Of a DNA stretch of 64,000 nucleotides, positions 57,514 through 64,000 are shown one piece after another. The notes beneath the pieces were generated by a model, which had not been told where the DNA came from, did no database searches, and saw nothing but the letters and a program-made list of their open reading frames with translations. Both the position numbers and the translations under genes were made by a program. How positions within the stretch are numbered: the stretch's first letter is position 1; every line of letters begins with the position of its first letter. The stretch is from IMG/VR virus record IMGVR_UViG_3300021387_000529, positions 32,001-96,000 of that record; one strand, written 5' to 3'. The DNA is from a virus. Taxonomy: Duplodnaviria; Heunggongvirae; Uroviricota; Caudoviricetes.

Positions 57514-57942
57514 ATGAAGAAGTATTATACTGTTATTTTTGAAGGAATAGACAAAACTGGTAAAGACCAGCTTGCTCGTTATGTTGATGAAATTTGTGGA
57601 CATGATATGTGTCTTCCACGAAGAGGAATTGTATCAAATGTTGCATACGCAAAATTGTATGGCCGTGAAGCTCCAGAATATGATTTGAGCAACCATAAAC
57701 ATGAGATTTATGTTCTTTTACGTTGCTCAGATAAAACTGACTGGAAAATGAGATGCAAGCTTACAAATGAGCCAGCAATTGATTATGAAAAAAATGTTGA
57801 AGTTTTTGAAACAACTTGGGATTGGTTTAAGACAGTACATGACCCAAAACTTTGTTTTGAATATGATACATGCAAAATGACACCAATTCAGATTGCACGT
57901 GATATTGTTGCTCGTGTAAATATGCTTAACGGCAATAATTAA
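57514..57942 (+). CDS. dNMP/thymidylate kinase-like P-loop kinase
   Basis: VIFEGIDKTGKD...R...S..AY. Confidence 0.75.
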   Translation: MKKYYTVIFEGIDKTGKDQLARYVDEICGHDMCLPRRGIVSNVAYAKLYGREAPEYDLSNHKHEIYVLLRCSDKTDWKMRCKLTNEPAIDYEKNVEVFETTWDWFKTVHDPKLCFEYDTCKMTPIQIARDIVARVNMLNGNN

Positions 57943-58549
57943 GAATACTTTCGAAAAGTTTAGACTCTTTTACAGGCTGCTGCGGATTTTTCTGGCAGCC
58001 TAATTTCTGCAATATTTCTGGTATAAAGTTTTTCAAATTAGAAGCCGCATTCCAGATATGCTTACACATTTGCTGACCAATTTTTCCACCTGCATTTGCA
58101 TGGCGAGCTTGCCATGTTCCTTTTCCATGCGTACCAATGAAGTCGAAATATGAAGTCTTTTTATAGTCATCGCCTTCATGCATTCCTTGCCAATAAAAAG
58201 CTGGACAGTCACAAAAAACTTTTACATCACAATTTTTGAAAATTTGTGACATATATTGTTGGCCTTTCTGAAGACCTTGAGTTTTCCAATCTTTTGGCAA
58301 TATTTTATCTATATTTAAGAATGAGAGACGAACGACATATTCTCTTTTCAAGAATGGCTGAGGATTACCCTTCAAGTCTACGTGTTTATTTTCATTTTTA
58401 GATGACTGTACACCAATAATCAAATCAAGCTGTTTTCCATTTTCTGATGCTGAAACTAAAAAAGCACCTCCAAGTCCATATTTATTCATAGCACCCATTG
58501 TGATGCCTGAAATGCTCATTTGATTTAATGTATATTCACGTAAAGTCAT
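57926..58549 (-). CDS. SWIM zinc-finger-like phage protein
   Basis: VKVFCDCPAFYW...CKHI; LRE/LFES sites. Confidence 0.6.
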   Translation of the reverse strand: MTLREYTLNQMSISGITMGAMNKYGLGGAFLVSASENGKQLDLIIGVQSSKNENKHVDLKGNPQPFLKREYVVRLSFLNIDKILPKDWKTQGLQKGQQYMSQIFKNCDVKVFCDCPAFYWQGMHEGDDYKKTSYFDFIGTHGKGTWQARHANAGGKIGQQMCKHIWNAASNLKNFIPEILQKLGCQKNPQQPVKESKLFESILNYCR

Positions 58550-58630
58550 AAATATTTAGTTTCGTCATGCTATTACTATTTATAATGACAACAGCTATTA
58601 AATGCTGTTACATAGGAGAAACATGCATAT

Positions 58631-59245
58631 ATGTTGGCAGACGACATGATTACCACTGATATGTGGGAAAAAACCTTCCAGAAAAAATTTTCTAATTTCT
58701 GTACAAAATCCCCAGTTTTATTAAAAATGTCTATTAGAATTCAAGATGGAAATAAGGGCGTGCTCTTAAACCATGTTAATTCAGATAGGACATATTTCTT
58801 CCCATTTGACTATGACGCAAATGTAAAAGACTTTATTGCGAATATCAAACGTCTTTTAGTTGAAAATCACTATCCACGCTTAGTTCAAACTTTGTATGAA
58901 AATCACAAAAAGACTAATGAAGAACTAGCACAAGAACTTGAAAATGGCGAAAAAGTTGACTCTTTGACGCAATATTGTGTAAAGAAAACAGGTGAAAGAT
59001 TGTATCGTATCGACAAAGTTTTACCTTGGAAAAATATTGCAATTATCGTTCTTGAGCAAAGTTCTGTTCCTGGTGACAATGTCGGAACAGTTCTAAAATA
59101 TTCATATCAAAAGTCTTTGGTTTTATACCTGAAAAATTACCGCACTGGAGTTTTCAAAAATATTGACGAAGCTTCTGATGACTTCTTCAACAACAGTCTT
59201 TTAGTTTCTGAAATTACTGTTAATCCTAATAATAAAGAGGACTAA
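58631..59245 (+). CDS. Hypothetical protein
   Basis: AGGAG RBS. Confidence 0.55.
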   Translation: MLADDMITTDMWEKTFQKKFSNFCTKSPVLLKMSIRIQDGNKGVLLNHVNSDRTYFFPFDYDANVKDFIANIKRLLVENHYPRLVQTLYENHKKTNEELAQELENGEKVDSLTQYCVKKTGERLYRIDKVLPWKNIAIIVLEQSSVPGDNVGTVLKYSYQKSLVLYLKNYRTGVFKNIDEASDDFFNNSLLVSEITVNPNNKED

Positions 59246-59246
59246 A

Positions 59247-59648
59247 ATGGAAACCATTATTTCTTTTATATTTTTTGTTATTATTGGGATTTCATGCTTT
59301 TTAATTTTGAGAAAACAATCAAAACTTGAAGACATGCTCAAAAAGCTCACAGTTGCTGGTGAAGAAATCTTCAACGATAATGAGTTGAATACAGTTTTCA
59401 TTCAAAAAGCTTTGGACACTTTATCTGAAGCCGGGTATGAACCTGATATTAGTGTTGATGAAAATGGCCAACGTTGGATTACAGCTAAAGTTGCTGAAAA
59501 CACAAATGTAAACACAATCAAACTTTCAAAAGAATTATTTCAGTCTAAAAACTTTGGCCCGATTGAGAAGATTTTGAAAAATGAAATCAATGAAGTTTTG
59601 CCTTCATTTGTAGAAAAAATTAAAGGAGAACAAAATGCTAAAAATTAA
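59247..59648 (+). CDS. Single-pass membrane protein
   Basis: N-terminal TM segment. Confidence 0.55.
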   Translation: METIISFIFFVIIGISCFLILRKQSKLEDMLKKLTVAGEEIFNDNELNTVFIQKALDTLSEAGYEPDISVDENGQRWITAKVAENTNVNTIKLSKELFQSKNFGPIEKILKNEINEVLPSFVEKIKGEQNAKN

Positions 59649-60288
59649 GAGTGTCACATATGACATAATGGACCATGGTCCTGCAATTGCACACCCAGTT
59701 ATCACAATTGACTTTGAGCCTGTTGAGTCTTATGACGGAGATCTTTTTGAAGACTTGAAGAAAAAGATTACTGAAGCCAAACTTGATGATGTTTATGCTG
59801 AAGCAATCAACTACAAACAGATTGTTTATTTCTTGTTTAAAGGCCGCATTTTCCAGAAAGAAAATATTCCAGTTTATCAAGACTTGTTTGATAAAATTTC
59901 ACGTGAAGCTGCGAACATGCAGAAGCCTCTTTTGGAGTCACATACAATCACTGTCAACCAGATGAAGCCACCATTTTTCATGTGGGAAGGTTTGCCACAA
60001 GACTTCACTGGGATAGAAAGCGCATACAATGACTTCAATGTTCCATATGCAATTCTTGACGGAAGTTCAGAATACTCACCAATTGCTCTTCAGCAGATTA
60101 TGAACCACCCTTATGGAACTGTTTTCATCGAATGGAACAGCAAAGCAAAAGAGCTTTACAAAGAAATTGAAGAGACTTTCCATGGTCTTAAGAGCTTCTT
60201 GATTGCAAGAGCTGGTTATGACTATAATGAAGCTAAGAAGTTTGCACTTGAAAATAAATGCTGCTTGTATATGAAAAATAATTATTAA
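59635..60288 (+). CDS. Hypothetical protein (QueE-like N-terminus without the Cys motif)
   Basis: MLKIKSV.Y.I...GP..A.P.I.I.F. Confidence 0.5.
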   Translation: MLKIKSVTYDIMDHGPAIAHPVITIDFEPVESYDGDLFEDLKKKITEAKLDDVYAEAINYKQIVYFLFKGRIFQKENIPVYQDLFDKISREAANMQKPLLESHTITVNQMKPPFFMWEGLPQDFTGIESAYNDFNVPYAILDGSSEYSPIALQQIMNHPYGTVFIEWNSKAKELYKEIEETFHGLKSFLIARAGYDYNEAKKFALENKCCLYMKNNY

Positions 60289-60294
60289 AAAAAT

Positions 60295-60321
60295 AAAGGG
60301 ACGCTTAAGCGTCCCTTTTTT
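60295..60321. terminator. Bidirectional rho-independent terminator
   Basis: aaagggacgc-ttaa-gcgtcccttt. Confidence 0.85.
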
Positions 60322-60336
60322 ATGCTCTTTTATACG

Positions 60337-61281
60337 TTAGTTTGCATAAGAGTTTGGATCATTTGTCCATCTAAGTGAGAATACTTCACCTTGTGCAATA
60401 CCGTATGGATTGTCAATTGAGCAATTTTCTACTGTCATGTTCAAACCAACATTTGAAGGTCTAACTGAAACAGAGAATTCCCACTGTCTGTCAGCAGGCT
60501 GAGAAACTGCTGGGTCAGGAATAAATGTAATTACGCCTTCACCTGTAGACTCATCAATAGTCTTTGACTGCATTACAAAGTAATACTCACCAATGTTAGA
60601 AGCAACAAGAACAAGACGGCCTGGGTACATAGAATATTCATCAAATGTGAGGTCGAATGTCCAACCACGATAAGAGTCAATGTAGCGACCATTTCTGATT
60701 TCAGGATTGAACTCATATTTAGCATAGTAAGAAACTAATGTTGAGTATGGGTCGTAAACATCAATTGTTGACTGGAGTGACTTAGAAACAAGCTGACCAC
60801 CATTGTCAGGGTCACCTTTATACCAACCAACAAATCTCCAACCAAATGGCTCAAATGCTGTGAAGATTACGTCTGTTCCGTTCTGAACTTCACTATGAAC
60901 TGGAGTTGCATAAGCACCTGAGTCAATGGCTCCAGATGGAGTAATGAATGTGTTGAAACCAACATTGTGAACTGGAACTGAAACAGCAACCATGCCTTTT
61001 ACATATTTGATAGTTGTTGGCTCTTGTGAGTCTTGACCAAATACGCCAGGCATTGTGAGGATTTTTGCAGCTTCTTTGATTGAGTTTGCTACAACTGAAA
61101 CAGGATAGTCTCCCTCATCTGTTGAGAAATAACCTGTATACTGATTTAAAGTTCTAACTTCCTGGCCGCGTGGACGTCTACGTGCCATATCAATATCACG
61201 CATTGTTACGTCAACTTTTCCGTCACCGTTAACGTCCCAACCTGCAGGATTGTAAGAACCTGGAATGAATTGTGGTCCCAT
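60337..61281 (-). CDS. Putative virion decoration protein with an InlB B-repeat-like domain
   Basis: V.FTA....G.RFVGWY...YYA.Y; N-terminal DVNGDGKVD calcium-loop-like segment; AGGAG RBS. Confidence 0.55.
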   Translation of the reverse strand: MGPQFIPGSYNPAGWDVNGDGKVDVTMRDIDMARRRPRGQEVRTLNQYTGYFSTDEGDYPVSVVANSIKEAAKILTMPGVFGQDSQEPTTIKYVKGMVAVSVPVHNVGFNTFITPSGAIDSGAYATPVHSEVQNGTDVIFTAFEPFGWRFVGWYKGDPDNGGQLVSKSLQSTIDVYDPYSTLVSYYAKYEFNPEIRNGRYIDSYRGWTFDLTFDEYSMYPGRLVLVASNIGEYYFVMQSKTIDESTGEGVITFIPDPAVSQPADRQWEFSVSVRPSNVGLNMTVENCSIDNPYGIAQGEVFSLRWTNDPNSYAN

Positions 61282-61416
61282 ATTAAAATCTCCTATAGAT
61301 ATTAAAATAGTCGCTATATTCAAAAAGACAAAAGTTTATTGTAAAATTACCTTTTATTAGATTTCTTATTGTAAATTTACCTTTTTTCGATGCCTACTAA
61401 ATAATTACTAAATATT

Positions 61417-61692
61417 ATGAAACAAAGGAGACTACGAAGTGAAATTATTGACCTGAATACTGGCCAAAAATATCACAATGAAACAGAAGCTGCTGATGCA
61501 ACTGGAGTTTCTCGCTATTTGATACACAAGAGCATTGAGAAACATAAGATTTGTAAAGGTGTTGCTTTTGCGGCATATTATTATGGAATTGACATTGAAT
61601 TCATGAAAAATATGTACAATGTTGATATTAGAAAGAAAAGAGACTTCGAAGCTGAAGTGAAAAATAGAAAGGAGAAAAAATTGAATGGCTGA
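61417..61692 (+). CDS. NUMOD1-like HTH protein
   Basis: IIDLNTG..Y....EAA..TGVSR..I. Confidence 0.55.
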   Translation: MKQRRLRSEIIDLNTGQKYHNETEAADATGVSRYLIHKSIEKHKICKGVAFAAYYYGIDIEFMKNMYNVDIRKKRDFEAEVKNRKEKKLNG

Positions 61693-62797
61693 TGAATACT
61701 CACCAATAGCGCTCAACCCAAATATGGTTGAAAAAATGAATGAAGCAAATACTACTCTTAATGAGGTTAAAAATGCACCTCCAGGATATGTAAATATTAA
61801 ATTATCAACACGTGGAAAAGTTGGAGCACCAGAAAGCTTTTGGATTCGTAACTTTATTCCTGAAGATTTAGCAGTTCTTGCAACTACACCTGAAAATGAC
61901 ATGCCAATCAAAGTTGTTGAAATTCTTGATAGCATGGTTTGGAATCCAGACCCAAATAACATAATTTCTGTTAAAAACTTCCATGAGAAAGAAGTTATTG
62001 AGACATTGCTCGATATTTATGAAATCTTCTATACTTCTGTTTTTCCTGACCAAACGTGGGTTCCAACTGAAGAAGATGTTGCATTCCTTGAAAAGCAGTA
62101 TGGTGGAAAAGACTCTGATGCTTTCCGTAAACAAATGAAAGCTCTTGAGAACGGAGATTGGAAGCCTAAATTTGACCTTGATATTTCAAAGCTTGACTAT
62201 TATGAAATTCCAGATGATTTCAAAACATCAGTTCGTGTTAAAAAACGCATCGCTGGTGAAGATGTCTCTATTAAATTTTCACTTCCAAAATATGGTGACT
62301 TCGTTACATTGAAATTTTTCATCGATGAAATGTACAAGAAAGAAGATAGCCGCTACAGACGTATCGGTGAAATTATCAAGTTCCGTGAAGATGCAAAAGA
62401 ACGCATTAGACAAGGTGAAAATGTAAACTTAGCAGGAATTCCAGATGTTCCACAAAATGAGTATGATGAATATAAGAAATATGAGCAGGAAAAAGTAATC
62501 TTCACAATGACTGCAACAAAAGCTCTCTATATTGAAGAGTTTCAAGGTGTTTCTTATGTTGGCAAATCTCTTGCTGAGAAGTTGGAAGTTGCCCGTGATC
62601 CTCGTATTACATATACATTATTCCAGCAAGCTCAGAAGTTGTTTGACACATTAAAATTCGGCTATAAAGAGGAAATTACTGTTTTCGACCCGATTATGCA
62701 AAAAGTCGTTACCAGAAACTATACATTTCAACTCTCTGATTTACTTCAAGCCATTTCAAATCCAAGAGATATTGAGGCTGATCTATCTTTTGAGTGA
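61685..62797 (+). CDS. Baseplate hub assembly / tail assembly chaperone (T4 gp26-like)
   Basis: L.TRGK...F.IR.F..ED...L; IKF.LP..GD; followed by a gp51-like ORF. Confidence 0.5.
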   Translation: MADEYSPIALNPNMVEKMNEANTTLNEVKNAPPGYVNIKLSTRGKVGAPESFWIRNFIPEDLAVLATTPENDMPIKVVEILDSMVWNPDPNNIISVKNFHEKEVIETLLDIYEIFYTSVFPDQTWVPTEEDVAFLEKQYGGKDSDAFRKQMKALENGDWKPKFDLDISKLDYYEIPDDFKTSVRVKKRIAGEDVSIKFSLPKYGDFVTLKFFIDEMYKKEDSRYRRIGEIIKFREDAKERIRQGENVNLAGIPDVPQNEYDEYKKYEQEKVIFTMTATKALYIEEFQGVSYVGKSLAEKLEVARDPRITYTLFQQAQKLFDTLKFGYKEEITVFDPIMQKVVTRNYTFQLSDLLQAISNPRDIEADLSFE

Positions 62798-63029
62798 GGA
62801 TACGGGCTTCACATTTGATGAGCTTTTTCACATGAGAATGGACTACTTGATGATGTTGAAAGATGTCAAAGACCAAATCATTGAAGAGCGCAACAAAGCT
62901 CAAGAAGAAGCTGAAGCTAAACAGTCTGGAGCAGGAACTAAACTTTCAAGTAATTCATTCAGTGCTTCATCGATTAAGTCTTTGGCTTCTAAGTATGGCG
63001 TTTCGATGCCTTCAGGTTTACATCTATAA
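62772..63029 (+). CDS. gp51-like baseplate hub/tail chaperone partner
   Basis: IYLL....GFTFDEL..M......L.....EE.NK; no clear start signal. Confidence 0.5.
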   Translation: MRLIYLLSEDTGFTFDELFHMRMDYLMMLKDVKDQIIEERNKAQEEAEAKQSGAGTKLSSNSFSASSIKSLASKYGVSMPSGLHL

Positions 63030-63054
63030 AAATTATTAAAAGGTTCAATTATTT

Positions 63055-63083
63055 TTGAACCTTTTTTTATTTTCTCATATATT
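63055..63083 (+). promoter_or_regulatory. Early promoter TTGAAC-N17-TATATT
   Basis: Recurring motif, embedded in a terminator-like hairpin at 63038-63068. Confidence 0.8.
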
Positions 63084-63121
63084 ATGTACGTAAATCGACA
63101 ATAAAAACAGGAGATACACAG

Positions 63122-64000
63122 ATGATAAACCAGGTAGAACAATCACAGGTTGAAAACAATGTTGGAAAATCACAGAGCTTCTCAATTGCTCAGAACATGA
63201 ACATTCTCGACATTCTTTCAAACAAGATGTATGAGCAGCCGATTGAAGCTATTGTTCGAGAGGTTTACAGTAACGCAATTGATGCGAACATCGAAGGTAA
63301 AACTTCTGGCAAAATTGATGTTGTCCTTCCGACTGAACAAAATCCTGTCTTCAGGGTAACAGACCATGGAATTGGTATGACTGATGAAAAAGTCAGAAAG
63401 GTTTACTGTGAGTATGGTAACTCAACTAAAGGTGACGACAACTCACAGATTGGTGGTTTTGGAATTGGTTGTAAAACACCTTTCGCTTACACTGACCAGT
63501 TCACTGTAACAACTTCTAAGAATGGAAAGAAAAACTCATATGTTGCCTTCAAAGGTGACACTGGCTATGAGCTCGTTCCTGCTTCAAGTTCAGACTGCAA
63601 TGAAAGCGGAACTACAGTTGAAGTTCCAGTAAAACCTGAAGACATGGAAGACTTTATCGTAGCTGCTGTTAAAGTTTTCTTCTTCGCAAAAGAATTCCCG
63701 AATATGGATGAAGTTTCACTTGAAGCTTTTAAGTCATGGGTTCAAAGATGCCTTTTCCTTGAAAATAAAGATGAAGCAATGAAAGTCTATATGATTGAGC
63801 GTGTCAGAATACAGAATGGCTCATCATATTTCAAGAAGCTTCAGTTTGGAAACAATCTTCTTGCTGAAATTGGTGGTGTTGCATACGGTATTGACAGCAA
63901 TGTTCTGAAAAATAACTTCTTCTCAGGAACAATTGTAATGCACATTCCTGTTGGTGAGGTTTCAGTTCAGGCATCTCGTGAAAAACTGAACTACAACAAA
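63122..64000 (+). CDS. rIIA: rIIA-like protein (GHKL ATPase domain), 3' truncated, not in ORF track
   Basis: ILSNKMY..PI.AIVRE..SNA.DA, D.GIGM, YG.STK, IGGFGIG.K.PFAYT, GTTV.VPV. Confidence 0.85.
   Translation, partial: MINQVEQSQVENNVGKSQSFSIAQNMNILDILSNKMYEQPIEAIVREVYSNAIDANIEGKTSGKIDVVLPTEQNPVFRVTDHGIGMTDEKVRKVYCEYGNSTKGDDNSQIGGFGIGCKTPFAYTDQFTVTTSKNGKKNSYVAFKGDTGYELVPASSSDCNESGTTVEVPVKPEDMEDFIVAAVKVFFFAKEFPNMDEVSLEAFKSWVQRCLFLENKDEAMKVYMIERVRIQNGSSYFKKLQFGNNLLAEIGGVAYGIDSNVLKNNFFSGTIVMHIPVGEVSVQASREKLNYNK

Noticed and set aside
124-62903. Numerous 60-180 aa antisense/alternate-frame ORFs in the track (e.g. 19950-20495, 34248-34799, 61432-61962)
   Set aside because: They are shadows of well-supported genes on the opposite strand or frame, with no RBS or motifs.
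1-64000. Stop-codon reassignment
   Set aside because: Coding density is high in the standard code, and genes end at TAA, TAG and TGA followed by RBS-led genes.
1-64000. CRISPR array, tRNA or rRNA genes
   Set aside because: No regularly spaced repeats or cloverleaf/T-loop signatures seen; intergenic gaps are short and AT-rich. A tRNAscan run would be definitive.

Overview
AT-rich, densely coding 64 kb segment of a large contractile-tailed (T4-like architecture, probably jumbo) bacteriophage genome, read in the standard genetic code. No rRNA, tRNA or CRISPR array was recognised. It holds baseplate/tail-tube genes (1-9.0 kb, 61.7-63.0 kb), a prohead protease-scaffold fusion (44.9-47.9 kb), rIIA, and a long accessory region. 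A FlaA flagellar-sheath homologue points to a spirochaete (Treponema-like) host. Main observations: (1) a family A DNA polymerase broken into separate genes on opposite strands, whose ends carry what look like degenerate, non-catalytic split-intein-like tags; (2) a complete four-enzyme deamidating NAD+ salvage route (PncA, PncB, NadD, NadE) plus a Nudix hydrolase and a macrodomain, a candidate anti-defence NAD+ reconstitution pathway; (3) a phage-borne FlaA; (4) a eukaryote-type topoisomerase IB N-terminal half; (5) a split, order-permuted N6 methyltransferase hit by an HNH endonuclease; (6) a divergent ThyX/HD/deoxyribosyltransferase/dNMP-kinase set; (7) three recurring promoter-like motifs and a 75-bp dispersed hairpin repeat. 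All family calls come from motif recognition by eye, not from database searches.
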